Assembly: GCF_009914755.1 (NCBI RefSeq)
Contig: NC_060932.1
DNA from: the human T2T-CHM13v2.0 reference genome, Homo sapiens
DNA length: 64,000 bases
Strand: one strand, 5' to 3'
Shown: piece after piece, positions 33,958 to 49,425 of the stretch
How the letters are laid out: each line of letters opens with the position of its first letter
Numbering within the stretch: position 1 is the first letter of the stretch
The notes under the pieces: model-generated
Told to the model about the DNA's origin: nothing
Seen by the model: the letters and a program-made list of their open reading frames with translations, nothing else
Database searches by the model: none
Program-made: the position numbers and the translations under genes

Positions 33958-36356
33958 ATTACATAAATACGCTCTTGTTGGCAAAAATGTGAACAGTGGG
34001 GATAGATATAGACTAATGAGGGCATGCTCCCTTTTCCTCTCTTGAGCAATGAGGTATTTGGCTGTGTACTTATGAAAGCAGGGGTATGAATATGCTGGTA
34101 TGGCCTGATTTGTTTTGAAATCATTAAGGTGATGCCATGATGATGGTTCCCTGACTTGTATTAGTCACAGAACAACGTGCATGTGCCACATCACTGCACA
34201 CACGATACCTCAGGCTTTTAATGGCCGCATGGTATTCAAAAGTAAGGGTGCATTCCATTTTGTGCATCATAGCTTTTTGTTTCCTTCTCTGAGGCAGATG
34301 AAAGGGGATACATCTTCCTTTCTGTGGACAAAATTTCTGACTTCACCATTTCCTTATGTCTTTCTCAGAAGGAACATCTGGTAGGAGACATTGGAAAATA
34401 AGTGTGACAAAGCATGTGAAGGGTTAATAATCAACAATTTATTTGGAAAGCAATTTATCGAGAAATTATTCCTATACAATGGCATGCTGCCATTGCTGGT
34501 CCATCCAAAATATCCCCTGGTATGGCTGCATTGTCATCACGTCCTCACATGGCTCCTGCTGGCCCAGGTCTCTGCAGAACCCTCCCTGTCCTCTGCCTTT
34601 CCCTCCTCCCCCTAGCATGGACCTCCAGACTGTTCTTCCTAAATGCCGACCATGGTATCTTGTGCTCAGAACCTGTTAATGGCTTTCAGCAGCCAGACTT
34701 GAATGAACTCTGAGTTCCCCGCTGTGACATCCCTAGCCCCTCACAGCCCAACTTCAGTTGTAGCCAGGGGAGTGAGTGTTCTGACCGGTCTCAACAGGTG
34801 ACCAGCTGTGATCCCATCATTGATCCTCCCCGGGTCTCAGTTTCCTCACCCATAAAAGTAAGGTCTTGACTGCATAACCTATGTCATTATTTTCCATTGT
34901 GAGACTCATAGCCTATTTCAGCATTGATCAAAGAGTTCCAAAGTTCTCTTTGCCATGCCAACTCTAAGATCAGCAGTATCTTTCATCCCCACTTCAATGC
35001 AGTTTAAGATCTTTTGAGGGATTTTGCTTCAGTTTTAAACATATGAGTATTGATGTTTATTGAAATCCCAAAGCTGGGTGAGACCTGGCTCATTCTCACA
35101 TCCTGGCACCACTTTGCAGCCAGTGACATGAGGTGCCTCTGCCAGCAAGGCCTGTTTTAATCAAAAGCTTTCATCTGAAATGCAATTCACAATTTCTGGG
35201 TGGTAAAGAATGAATCCCCACAGGATGACAGTACAAAGCTGTAACGCTAAGCTCTTTAAATGCCTTTGACAGGAGGTAAAAGTCTGGAACACACTTGCTT
35301 CAAGTACTCTTTGCAGGGCATCATCCTAAAGACAAGGAATGAATAGGATGACGCCCCTGCCCTCAGGCAGATTAGAGTCCAGTAGCAGATAAGCCATGAC
35401 TACACTGTGTCAGAACATGGAAAATGTCACTAGAGAAGCATTAAGAGCTCTGAGAATTCATAGAAGGGACACAAGCACTTGTGACTGGGAAAAGGAAGGA
35501 AAGATTCATAAAGAAAGTGGAATTAACGTTGCCTGGCTTTGTCATTGTTACTAGTAGCAGTTAAAGAGGCTATTAAGAAGGAAGTTGGAACTGTAGTTTA
35601 GAATTATGTATACAGTGAAGTGGATTTATTTTCCCTCACCTCCCCACCTAGCATAATTGTCAACTGATTCTCAGAGATTAAAAAATCCTGTGAAGGGACA
35701 TATGTCATGCCTCCCTGGAGCACACGTCCAGGCATTTGAGTGGTGGGATAGCTGGAGAGGCAGAATTTCAGGCAGGAACCAGAGAGCTGGAGCTACCACT
35801 GTTTGTAAGTCTCAACCAGCCTAGCCTTATCCAGTAAAACCCTTGTTACCATGATTGAGGTTTTAGTGGCTATAATCCTGCATACTTTGGTTCCTTCTCC
35901 AAGCCTGGGAGCAGCAGAAAAATAGATGCAGAAATCAGACAGGTGGTCCAAGTCATATTCACTGTATTCCTGAAGAGTCTAAGGTGGGGAGTGCAGAGGG
36001 GTCTGGACACGACTGGGCTCTGCAGCAACCCCAGGCCCACTTCCTGCTATCTGTGTTGACTTGACCTCCCAAGCCACAGGCCTCCCTGCAGGGGAAGGGT
36101 GACTGAAGAACAAACATAGCTTGCAGGTCCTGAGGACAAGCAGCTAGCCACAGAAGAAAGGACAGCTATGCATACAGACGCGGTTCCCTCTTGGAACTGA
36201 CCAATCTGAAGAGCCACATCTTCTCTGGGGACAACTGGGAAGCCACGCCTCCTTTGGGGATAGCAAGTGTCAGGCAGAGGCGGTGGCCAGAGGCCAGGTG
36301 TGCTTCTCTAGCAGGAGCCTCCCACAGTAATAGCCAAGGCATGTGAACATTCCTGA

Positions 36357-36846
<490 letters not shown>

Positions 36847-37127
36847 ACTTAGTTTCCTTAAACAGGCTGTGGTTCATCCCCAAATGCAGGAAATGAGCAG
36901 TTTTCTTCATCAGCTGTGCTCCAGTTTATTTGAGGTGGGTGCCCTGACATTCAGGTTTGCCTGCAGCATTGCTCTGTTGAACCAGTTTAATTATTCCCAT
37001 TTTGCTCCAGAACATTGTTGTCCCAAGGCTGGCAGTCACTTCCTATTCTACTCTTCAGCCCTTGGTATGTACATTTATATGCATACATATGCTCATGTAT
37101 GTATACATGTACATATATAATACACAC

Positions 37128-37435
<308 letters not shown>

Positions 37436-37759
37436 AATACACACATGCATAAGCAAATCACTGTTGGTATCACAGTTAACCCAAGCAAAGAACCCAGCGG
37501 TTAATATCATCTAGAACCACATGGTTGGCACCAACCTGAGACCAACCGGGGAAAGACAAGGTGACATCTGACAGAAGAAAGAAAATTGATGTCAGCCACG
37601 AGACCATTATATAGACTTGGGTTTAATGGCAGGACTCATTCATCAGGCTCATCATAGTTGGGGTAAAAGCTCATCTCCGCAGGCTGTTTCTCCTCAGTGC
37701 TTTGAAAATTTTCTTGCAAAATTTAGACATTTGCACTGCTCACAGCTGTAGACCCTAGA

Positions 37760-38335
37760 TTTCTTTAACTTTTATTTTTGCATTTAATTAAATTAGTTTT
37801 TAAAAAAATTTTAGATTCAGTGAGGGTGTACATGTGCAGGTTTGTTTCACGGGTGTATTGTATGATGCTGAGATTTGGGCTTCTACTGGTCCAATCACAT
37901 AGTTACATAGTACCCAATAGGCAGTTTTTCAACCCATGCCCCCTTCCTTCCCTCCCCACCCTGGTAGTCCCCAGTGTCTATTGTTGCCATCTTTATTTCC
38001 ATGTGTACCCAATGGTTAGCCCCCACTTATGAGAACATGGGATATTTGTTTTTCTGTTCCTGTGTTAATTTGCTTAGGATAATGATCTCCAGCTGCATCC
38101 ATTTTCCTGCAAAGGAATTTCATAAAAAAGAAAAATCTCATTCTTTTTTATGGCTGCATAGTATTCCATGGTGTATATATACCACATTTTCTTTATTCAG
38201 TCCACCATTGATGGGCACCTAGCTTGATTCCATGTCTTTGCTATTGTGAATAGTGCTGCAATGAATGTACGGATGCATGCGTGTTTTTGGTAGAATGATT
38301 TATTTTCCACTGGGTATATACCCAGTAGTGGGCTT
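37760..38335 (-). mobile_element. 5'-truncated L1PA15-17-type 3' end
   Basis: gtacatgtgcaggtttg...catagtacccaataggcag; TSD gctgtagaccct at 37745-37756 and 38336-38347. Confidence 0.85.
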
Positions 38336-39124
38336 GCTGTAGACCCTTGATATGTTGAGGTGTATTTCTTTCCCATCCAGCATAATCAAACCTCTATTTC
38401 TAATGCCCCCTTTTTCTGGTGGCCCTGACCTTTCAGGACTGAGCTGAGGACAGGGCTCTGATTAATGCCACAGCTCCTGCGCCTTCTCCTGAGCTTCGTC
38501 AGTGCTGCAGTGGCTGCCACCACTGCCTCTGGCTGTTGAGTCGCAGGGACTGTGCTGTCTGCCTCCCCTGCAGGAGTTCTCCCCTGGAGAGTCACTGTTG
38601 GCAGATGAAGAAACACAACTGATGCTGTGGAAGCCAGAGCCCTGCGGCTTCTGTAGAGGATCAGCCCTGCCAGTGTTCCTCCTCCACACCCTTCCTCTCC
38701 TCACTTCGCATTTCTCAGGCAATGGATATCCTGTGATTCTTTAATAACAACATAGATGCTTCTTTCTGCCATGTGATTTTCTAAAGTAGTGTAATATCCC
38801 TCTAGTATTCTATTTTCTCTGCCATTCCCTTGATCTCTTCTAAAATAATCAGATGAATTTTTACAAGTTTAACTTTTTAAAGAAACATTTGATCCCTCCC
38901 TTTGCAATTTGCTGAAACCGAGTGCTTTATTTATTTCCATTGTTTTAGACCTATATATTTCCAGATGTTCTTAGAGTCTACCTCACAGAAAAAGATATTC
39001 AGTCAAGGAGTTCTGGGTCAGCTGGCAGCATCCATCCTCTTGCCTCCCCACTATGTAGGGAAGGTTACCTGGGTGATTTGACATTATACACAGCTTTAAC
39101 CAAGAACCGGGCATTTCAGCAAAC

Positions 39125-39265
39125 CAGTGACTCTAGGTCTGTGGTTCCCAGGCCAATACCATCATCATCCCCTGAAAACTTGTTAGAATGTAAATTATTG
39201 GGTCCCACCTTATACCTGCTGAATTGGTAACTCTGGGTGTGGGGCCAGCATCTGTGTTTAAACTG
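39125..39265. mobile_element. MER5A-like fragment
   Basis: gtggttcccaggccaataccatc...aaacttgttaga...gggtgtggggccagcatctgtgttta. Confidence 0.6.
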
Positions 39266-39279
39266 CTGAAGCTCAGTCA

Positions 39280-39660
39280 ATGCGTTAGCTCAGGCTTCTT
39301 CAGCAAAAACTCCATAGACCAGGTGGCTGAAACAACAGAAATCTATTCCTCACAGTCCTAAAGGCTGGGCCGTCCAAGATCCAAGTAGGGGCCAGTTGGA
39401 TTCCTGGTAAGGGTTGTTTTCCTGCTTTGCAGACAGCTACCTTCTCACTATGTCTTCACCTGGCAGAGAGAGAAAAAGAGAGGTCATCTCTTTCATGTCT
39501 CTTTTTAATCCTCTCATAAGGGCACTAATTTCATTCATGAGGGCTCCACCCTCATGACCTAATTACCTCTCAAAGGTCCCACCTCCAAATACCATCACAC
39601 CGGGGGGTTAGGATTTCAACATAGGAATGTTAGGGGCCCACAGACATTCAGCCCATAGCA
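39280..39660 (-). mobile_element. MLT1A/MSTD-type MaLR solo LTR
   Basis: ggtggctgaaacaacagaaatctatt...catgagggctccaccctcatgacctaattacc...cagacattcagcccatagca. Confidence 0.8.
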
Positions 39661-39949
39661 CTCAAGTTTGTGAGCCATTGCCTTAAACAATATCTAGGCT
39701 CTGACTAGCTCAGCCACGTGGGGTTAGGAGGAAGGCCTTCCTTTATTCCCTGGCCCACTGGAGAGTTCTGCAGGGTTCATGGATGTGGCAGCTCACCTTC
39801 TTTAGACAGTTAGTATAGCAGAGGTCATCGCAGCACTGTAGTGAGAGCCCCCCACACTGCCTGTGCTCCAGCCAGCTCCAGTGGTTCACAAAGAGCAACT
39901 CAATAGTCTTCATGACAGCCTTAATGAGATAGGTTCTCAGTTTATACTC

Positions 39950-40200
39950 ATTTTTTTATCCCTCCCTCTCCCCTAACTGTGGGCAACCAGTGATTCTTTT
40001 ACTGTCTCTATACTCTTCCTTTTTCCAGAATGTCATAGAGTTGGAATCATACATTGTGTAGCCTTTTCAGGTTGGCTTCCTTCACTTAGTAATATGCATT
40101 TAAGATTTCCACGTCTTTTCATGGCTTGAGAACTAATGTCTTTATAACTCTGAATAACATTCCACTTTCTGGATGTACCAAAGTTTGTTTATATATGCAT
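39950..40200 (-). mobile_element. Old L1 (L1MB/MC) 3' fragment, probably inside a MIR
   Basis: ccttttccagaatgtcatagagttggaatcatac...ttcacttagtaatatgcatttaag. Confidence 0.7.
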
Positions 40201-40741
40201 CTACTAGTTTTATATTCATTTTACTGACAAGAAAGCTGAGGCACTTTGGGTTAACAACTTACCCAACCCCACATACACAATGGGAGGCAGGGGCAGGGCT
40301 GGGACCGAGGCCCCATGATCAGCAGCCATGCTCATTGCCAAAGAAACCCACTGTCCTCAGCTGACCGGGTCTGAAGCACCTCTATTCCGTCACTCACAAA
40401 TACTCAAGCACTCAGAGACCTCCTTCACATAAACCAGTCTTCTGAGCCTCGTTAGTTCTTATAAAAATAACTCATATAACATACTTGTTTGAAATCATAT
40501 CCTCAAACATGTGAAAAGCCTACATGGTTTCTTTCCTGTGGATTAGCTTTCTCCAAGAAGCTATTGAGAAAACATTTCACAAAAGATGCCACATATCAGG
40601 TTGCCACACATTGATGGCCAATCAGGGCCATGCATTTCCCCCCTACACACAACTGAAGGCATGTGCTACCAAAAGAGCATGGGTTTTGGTACTTGGAACC
40701 TGTTTGCCAAAAGGAAAGGAACTGCCCTGAACCTCAGGTTC

Positions 40742-40915
40742 AAGAAGGAAAGAAGGAAAGAAGGAAGGAAGGAAGGGAGGGAGGAAGGAAGCAGGGAGGG
40801 AGGGAAGGAAGGAAAAGAGGGAAGGAAGGAAGGAAGGAAGAAAGGAAGGAAAGGAGGGAGGGAGGAAGGGAGGGAGGGAGGAAAAGAGGGAGGGGAAGAG
40901 AAAAGAAGGAGAGGA
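40742..40915. repeat. GGAA/GGGA polypurine microsatellite
   Basis: About 170 bp of almost exclusively A and G. Confidence 0.92.
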
Positions 40916-42012
40916 ATTAATATATCCCTCCCAGGCTTGTGAATATGAAGTGAGCAGATGAGCTGGAGAAATCTAGCATGAGCCTCACAAGAAGGTGCTC
41001 AGCCTGAATACTTTCTCCTTTCAGCCAGAGGCCAGGCAGCTCCAGTAGCTCTGTGGTTCCTCTGCCTGCTTGGCTCCTTGGTTTTTTTTCCTCCTGTGGA
41101 TCCCATGGCCCTCATAGCTCCCCTGGCCATAGGGCATTGCTCCCAAGAGCAATGTCCTGTCCTGGGGCTTCTCCACTGAACCTAGAATTGACCCCTGAAC
41201 TCCAGAGGTTGTAAGACCAAGGATTACTCAAGCATCCTGAAACCATGAAGGTTTTATGGTAATAAGTCCTCAAGTCATAGCGATTAGAAATGTTAGGTGC
41301 CCAGAATATAAAGTGATTTATAAAAATACTTTCTGTGTAAAATTCCATATTTTGCGTATATAAAAATAAAAATGGCAAAATGTGTTTCTTACGTGCATAC
41401 AAAGGTACCCTGTATTGAAAGTATTTAGCTTAAGTTTGAGCACTCCTGGAGAAAACATTGTCAGGGCAAAAGGCAGGCACCTGGCACCTCACCCCCCTGG
41501 AGCAGGACTCAGCTTGTTCCTGGAGAGGGAAGTACAGACAGCCTGGATGTCAGGGGCCCCAGTGCCTTGCTGATCACACTTGCAGCTGAGAAACGTAATA
41601 TTTCTCCTCCTGTCGGCATCACTGGACCTATTTGCTGTGGGCAGAGCAGCTTTTCTGTAGTTAGCTGATGCCAGAGCCACCAGAAATGCAGAAGGACTGT
41701 GGGAGCCTAACCTTGTTAGTCTTAGGAAATTAAGGCGAACATTTTCTCTTTAGCTGAATGTCCAAAAATTTATTTTTCTTTCTGAAGATACTTAGGAGAT
41801 TCTTTGACTCAGCTGTAGTAGTGAACATTTCATTAGAATTGAAAATGAGTATAAAAATCATCTCATTTTATTAAAGCAAAGAGCTTCTTTCAGAAAGTGG
41901 CACCGTGTGTGAGCCCAGCCTTGCTCCTGCTGGTGAGAGGGCAGGCTTTGCAGAGTGTGGTGAGCACCTGGAGCTCAAGCTGGGGCTCCTGGAGTGTTTT
42001 CGTCTATGTAAC

Positions 42013-42415
42013 TGTGTGGACTGAATCATGTGCCTCATATCCACCTGCTGACATCCTAATCCCAGTACCTAACAATGTGGCTGTATTTGGAGACAGGGTC
42101 TCTAAAGAGGTAGTTAAGGTACATTGAGGTCATTAGGGTGGACCCTCATCCAATATGACTGGTGGTGTTTTTATACAAAGAGGAGATTAGGACACAGACA
42201 GAGATGCCAGACAAGTGCATACATGGAGAGACACCCCTGCAACATCTGGGGAAAGGCAGCCACCTGTGAGGCAAGGAGAGAGGCCTCAAAGAAACCAACC
42301 TTGATGACATCTTGATCTTAAACTTCCTGTCTCCAAAATTGTGAAAAAATACATTTCTGTTGTTTAAGGCACCCAGTTTGTGGTACATTGTTATGGCATA
42401 CTAGAAAACTAATCA
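42013..42415 (+). mobile_element. MLT1A/B-type MaLR solo LTR
   Basis: tgtgtggactgaat...gtatttggagacagggtc...tccaatatgactgg...tttctgttgtttaaggcacccagtttgtggtac. Confidence 0.82.
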
Positions 42416-44373
42416 GTAACACATTCATTTCATTTTTCACTTTTGGTCTGAATGAACAATAGGGAATGAAGCATTTACCCTGATTTAGCCCCACAATCTC
42501 CCTTTTTCCAAGAAAGCAAGGAGAACATGTGTGAGCTCTATCTTCAAATCCTTATCTCCTACCAAGTGGTATGTTTTGTGAGAATAATAACAGATAGATT
42601 ATAATTTTGAGTCAATTCCAAAGTTAAAAAATACACTATGATTAATCCAAATTCTTCTAAAAATAAACATGACATATACATTCCATTAAATTAGGGAATG
42701 AAACCATTTTACAGTTGGGAGGACAGCACCTGACTTATTGAAGCAAAACACTATTCAATGAAGTCAGGATTTTAAGGGTCTTAGTGAAATATTTTCCAAT
42801 ATAAAACCAACCAGTATTCATAAATTGGAATGTAAATTTGCCTTGCTCAGACTTCCGCAACTGCTTCTAACAAAGATAATTTTACAAGACTTTTAAGTAT
42901 ATGCTTGAATGATTATTCTAGCTTCCCAGACTTGATTGCAATCGGAACTAGCTACACTTCAAAATCCATTCTTCCTGGTGGAATGTTGGGAAGTTCCTGG
43001 ATTATAAAATAACATGATCTCTGCCGCTAGTTGACACATCCGTGTCTGCGTGCCATTGTCAATCCTTTCAGGGAACTTCTTGATTCAAAAAGCCTGAAAA
43101 CTTTCAAAAAGAAGAAGTGACTATTGTCCACATTTGTGTTGTATGCATTCATAAAAACGACCAGATGTTACCGTCATTAATTATCTGAATACCTCTAATC
43201 AATGACAAAAAGCCTAAAAAAATTTAAAAGCGATTAACAATGATGCTCTAAAAGCTTTCTTTAATGTGCATTCATCTGCAAGTGTCAGAGACTTTTAAAA
43301 GGTTTTGTATATATTGATATTAAAGCAGTCTTTTTTGTGTGATGTTTTGTCTACTTGCTTTTGAATAAGTAAAAATAAAAACCTATTGTAGCTGATAGCA
43401 ACTGTAGAAAAAAAATTTCAGCCAATCTGCATTTCGGCCAAAGGATGTGAGCTGAACTTCTGATTCTGATTCTTGCTCACATGTTATTTCAGACTTCTTG
43501 TTGTGTAATTAGAAAAAAGGCCACTGAAAAAGTGAAATGAATGTTAAAACATGAGCGGACAAAAACGTGTCCATATTGTCTGATTTCTTAAACTGGATTC
43601 ATGGTACATGAGTGTTTGTTATATTAGCCTCAGTGCTTTTTGATATGTCTGAAATATCTCATGATAAGAAAAATGAAGAAAAAAAGATCTGTTCCCAGCA
43701 TTTATTTATTTCCCTCTTTTGTGAGTCTTCTGACAACTCTTGGCTCCACCCTTCTGTGCAGGGTGGGTCCTAGGGGTACATGGGCTGTGGCATCGCAGGT
43801 CTCAGGACTAGCTTTGGCATAATGTACCTTGGCTTTTAGTCTGTTTGTGCCATCATTTAAAAAAGATACTTGGATGGATTCTTGCATTGAAAAGCACATA
43901 GTAGGGGATGAAAATGGATTTTTGATGATTGGGAATATCATAGTGTTTCAGGAAGCTCATGTGGGATTGTTAGAGATTTAAAAGAAGGATTCCTTTGATA
44001 CCGGGGTGGGAAAAGCAGAAAAGCCCCTGTCAGGAGGTACCCATCACCAGTCACTGGGGAAGGCAGATTATTTTTTTAAGTGTTGAAAATAAAAGAATGT
44101 TGGAAGCAAAGTAGCTGCTTATTAAATAAGGAGTGTAAGAAGCATTTGGGTAAAGGAGCTCTACATTTAAAGCCCTGACCTACCTATGCAAAAATATTGA
44201 AAATTTGTTATTTCACAAGTAATTATCAAGGAACTATTATATTGTAAAAACTACGAATAATACATTGGTATGATATACAGCCCAAATTCAGAAAGTTTAC
44301 AAAAGTACCACTGATTTAATAGTAATGGTTTAGAAAAAAAGAAAGTATGATTTCATTAAAAATACGTATTATC

Positions 44374-44804
<431 letters not shown>

Positions 44805-44870
44805 TCACATACTGTATCCTAGAGAGGAGAGGATAATACAGACTTATAAGAGCTTATGCAAAGTGCTTTA

Positions 44871-45145
44871 GGTCAGGCATGGTTGCTCATGCCTGTAATC
44901 CCAGCACTTCGGGTGGCAGAGGCAGGATGAACACTTGAGCCCAGGAGTTGGAGACTAGCCGGGGCAACATGGTGAGACTCTCACCTCTGCAAGAAATAAA
45001 AAAAATTAGCCAGGCATGGTGGCACATGCCTATCGTCCCAGGTACTAGGGAGGCTGAGGCAGGAGGATCACTTGAGCCCAGGAAGTCGAGACAGCAGTGA
45101 GTCATGTTCCCACCACTGCACTCCAGCCTGGGCAACAGAGTGAGA
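44871..45145 (+). mobile_element. AluJ lacking an A-tail, within a MIR-like relic
   Basis: Dimer ends gggcaacagagtgaga directly into gcactattaagagttggc. Confidence 0.85.
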
Positions 45146-45179
45146 GCACTATTAAGAGTTGGCTAATGTTATTACTCCT

Positions 45180-45720
45180 AGTTGCATGACTTTGGGCAAG
45201 TTGTTTAACTACTTTAAGCCTTGGTTTCCTCATTTATAACATGAGATTAATCATATTGTCTACTTCATATGGCTAGGGGAATTAAATGAACTATCAGACA
45301 TAACATGCCTAGTAGTGTTGGGTAAGATCTTAGAAGTGACCATGGTTATTTTTATTTCATGCAATGTCAGGAGTCATCTGTGGGTCTCATTCATGCCTAT
45401 GTCCCTGCTTGTTTATTTTCTGTGTTCCCTCTGTCCTCACAACAAATCAACCTAAAGTTCGCATTTCACCTACATGTTTTTGTGATTTTTGCCCTGGAAT
45501 CTGGACAAATAGTGATCATTGATTGAGTGTCATACAGGTTCTTTCAATAAATTACCTCATTTAATCCCCTTGACAATTTCTGCAAAGTACATGGCATTAA
45601 CTTCATTTTGCAGATTTACAACTAGGGACAGAGACATTAAGTGACTTGCTCAAGATTCTAGAAGAGTGAGGAATATGCCCAGAAATAAGAATTAGGTCTC
45701 CAAAGCCCATGCTCTTTTGA
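45180..45720. mobile_element. MIR fragments in both orientations
   Basis: tgactttgggcaagttgtttaac...tttcctcatttataa (plus) and cctcatttaatcc...cattttgcagat...taagtgacttgctcaag (minus). Confidence 0.7.
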
Positions 45721-46679
45721 CATGATTTTGTTCAGTACAGTCAAGCACGGCTAATTATTCAAACAAATAACCAACCTGGTTTCCTACTATGCTTTCTTAG
45801 ATTTTTTAAATATTGTTTCCTTTCCCCATTCCCCACCCATGTTTAAAGTAGGCAACTGTTTTTTGACATCCTGTCATTACTTTTACATCATGTCGATGAT
45901 TTATTATTCCATCCCTTCTCTGAGACCTGCACTTCTTCACTTTGGATTTAGTTGAGGGCTGTGTATTATTGCACGCTGAGCATAGCTAGGGAGATTCACC
46001 TAGTCTATGGGCAATGGCTCAAAGTCTGAGACCGCCAATCTACTTCTGCCTACTATGGCTATTTCACATAAACGGAATCACACAATATGTGGTCTTTAGT
46101 GGCAGACTACTTTCATTTAGCCTGATGTTCTCAAGGTTCATCCATATTGCAGCATGTATCAGTACTTCATTCCTCTTTATGGTTGAATAATATTTCATTG
46201 TGTGTATATAGTGTAATTTGTTCATCCATTCATCTGTCGGTGAACATTGGGCTGATTTTATATTTTGGCTCTTGTGAATGGTGCTGGTATTAACGTTCCT
46301 TTACAAGTATGTATTTTATTACCTGTTTTCAATTATTTGGATATATACCTAGGAGTGGAATTCCTGGATAATCTGGAAATCCTGTGTTTAACTTTTTGAG
46401 GAAATGTCAAACTACTTTTTCACAGTGGTTGAATAATTTTGTAGTCTCACCAGCTATGTGTGAATGTTCCAATGTCTCCAAATGCCCACCAATGTTTGTT
46501 ATTTTCAATTTTTTAAAATTATAGACATCCTTTTGGGTGGTAAATGAAATCTCACTGCGGTTTTTGACCTGTGTTTACCTCATGCAGGCACTTTTTGGAT
46601 ATTTGTATATCTTCTTTGGAGAAATGTCTATTTATATCCTTTGCTCATATCTTTTCTATTTTTTCATGATGGCATTCTT

Positions 46680-47413
46680 TAAAAATTTTTAAAAAAATTT
46701 TTGTGGGTACATAGTAGGTGTATATATTTATGGGATACATGAGATGTTTTGATATATGCATGCAATGCATAATAAACATACCATGGAGAATGAGGTATCC
46801 ATTCCCTCAAGCATTTCATTTATTCTTTGTGTTATAAACAATCCAATTACACTCTTTTAGTTATTTTTAAATATACAATTAAGTTTTTATTGACTATAGT
46901 CACCCTGTCATGCTATCAAACAGTAGGTCTTATTCATTCTATGTTTTTTATACCCATTCACCATCCCCACCTTCTCTCAACAGTCCCACTACCCTTCCCA
47001 GCCTCTGATAACCATCCTTCTACTCTCCATGTCCATGAGTTCAATTGTTTTGATTGTTAGATCCCACAAATAAGTGAGAATATGTGATGTTTGTCTTTCT
47101 GTGCCTGGCTTATTTCACTTAACATAATGATCTCCAGTTCCATCCATGTTGTTGCAAATGATTGTATCTCATTCTTTTTTATGGCTGAATAGTACTCCAT
47201 TTGTATATGTACCACATTTTCTTTATCCATTCATCTGTTGATGGACACTTAGGTTGCTTCCAAATCCTAGCTATTGTGAACAGAGATGCAACAAATATAG
47301 GAGTGCAGATATCTCTTTGATATACTAATTTCCTTTGTTTTGGGTACACACATACAATTTTTAGTATTTCGAGGAGCCTCACAACTGTTCTCCATAGTGA
47401 CTGTACTAATTTA
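46680..47413 (-). mobile_element. L1MA-type 3' fragment nested in the host L1
   Basis: tttttgtgggtacatagtaggtgtatatatttatggg...gatcccacaaataagtgagaa; degenerate flanking repeat cctttg..c.tatctt. Confidence 0.8.
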
Positions 47414-49249
47414 CCTTTGGCCGTATCTTAGTGTGTTATTTGTCTTTTTATTATTGTGTTGTAAGTATTCTTTATATATTTTAGATATGAGTTCTTTATC
47501 AGATACGTGATTTACAATTTTTTTCAGTTTGTGGGTTGTCTTTTTTACTTTCTTGATAGTGTCCTTAGATGCACAAAACATTTATATTTTAAGTCCAATT
47601 TTTTTATTTTTCTTTTTTTGCTCGTGCTTTTGGTGTCATATCTAAGAATCCATTGCCAAATTTAATCTCATGAATATTTATTCCTGTGTTTCCTTCTAAG
47701 AGTTTTGTAGCTTTAGGTTTCAGTTTAGGTCTTTAATCCATTTTGAATTAATTTTTGTATATAGTATAAAGTTAAGAATTCAAATTCATTTTTTCTTTTT
47801 CTTTTTTTTTTTTTTGCATGTGGGTATCTGGTTGTCCTAGGACCATTTGTTGAATGCATTATTCTTTTTTAATTGAATAGTCTTGGCATTCTTGTAGAAA
47901 CTCAATTGATCATAAATACATGGGTTTATTTCCATTTGATTCCACTGATCATATGTCTATACTTATGCTAGTATTAATTTGTCTTGACTATTGTTGCTTT
48001 ATAGTAAGATGTGAAGTCAAGAATACTAAGTCCTTGAATTTTTTATTTCAAGATTGTTTTGGCACTTCTGAGCCACTTGAGTTTCCATACGAATTTGAGG
48101 ATAAACTTGTCAATTTATACAAAAAGGTCAGCTGGTATTCTGATGTGGATTGCATTGGATATATTGATTGGTTTGGGGGGTATGAACATGGGATGGCTTT
48201 ACATTTATTTAGATATTCTTTAATTTCTTTTACTAAGGAGTTGTAATTTTTGCAGCATAAGTTTTACACTCCTTTTGCTAAATTTAAAGCTAAGCATTTT
48301 TTGATGTTATATATAAAGTTGTTTTCATAATTATATTTAAAGATTGTTATCAATATTTAGAAATACCATTGATTTTTGTATATTGGTCTTATATCCTGCA
48401 ACTTTGCTGAATACATTCTAATAATTTTAAAATAGATTAGCTTGGATTTTTAAAATTTCAAGGTCATATTATCTGTGAATAGAAATTCTATTAAGTCTTC
48501 CCTTCCAATCTGGTGCCTTTTATTTCTTTTCCTTGCCAAATTTCCCTGGCTAGATCCTCTAGTATAATGCTGAATATAAATGGTAGGAACAGATATTCCT
48601 CTTTTATTTATGACCTTAGGAGAAAGTAACCAGTTTTTCATATTGAGTATGATGTTAGCTATGGGATTTTTACAAATTTCCTTTGTCAGGTTAAAGAAAT
48701 TTCCTTCTATTTTTAGTTTGCTAAGTGTTTTTTTCATGCAAGGGCATTGAATTTTGTCAAATGCTTTTTCTGCATTAATTGAGATCAACATGGTTTTTGT
48801 TTATTATTCACTTGATATAGTATATTACATCAATTAATTTTTACATGTTAAACCTCGCATTACTGGTATAAATTCGAATTTGGTCATAGTGTATAATTTT
48901 TATTTTTTCATGTTTCAAGTTTTAGCTTGCTAGTATTTTGTTGAGAATTTTTGCATGTATATTCATAACATATATTTGTAGTTTAAAAAATCTTTGGCTG
49001 GCTTTGGTGTCAGGTTAATAACTAGTCTCATATAATTAGTTGAGAAGTGTTTTCTCTTCTTTTTATGAAGGGGAATTTGTTTATGAAGAACTGGTATTAA
49101 TTCATCTCTAATATTTTTAGAATTTATTAGTGAAACCATCTTGGCCTAGGTGTTTCACGGAGGGTAATTTTTTGATTACTAATTTAATCTCTTTATTTGT
49201 GATAGGCCTATTCAGATTTTATTTTATTTTATTTTATTTGAACTTTAAT

Positions 49250-49425
49250 TTTTTGTTTGTTTGTTTGCTTTGAGACAGGGTCTTGCTCTGTTGCCCAGGC
49301 TGTAGTGCAGTAACACAATCATGGCTCACTACAGACTTGACCTCCTGGGCTCAAGCTGTCTTCCCACCTCAGTCTCCCAACTAGCTGGGACTATAGACAT
49401 GCACCACCATGCCCATCTAATTTGT
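49250..49425 (-). mobile_element. AluJ right arm or FRAM within the L1PB tail
   Basis: gagacagggtcttgctctgttgcccaggc...ggctcaagctgtcttcccacc. Confidence 0.82.

Noticed and set aside
38390-38745. GC-richer unique block as an exon or pseudogene
   Set aside because: No recognisable protein similarity and no clear splice-site pair; it cannot be supported without expression data.
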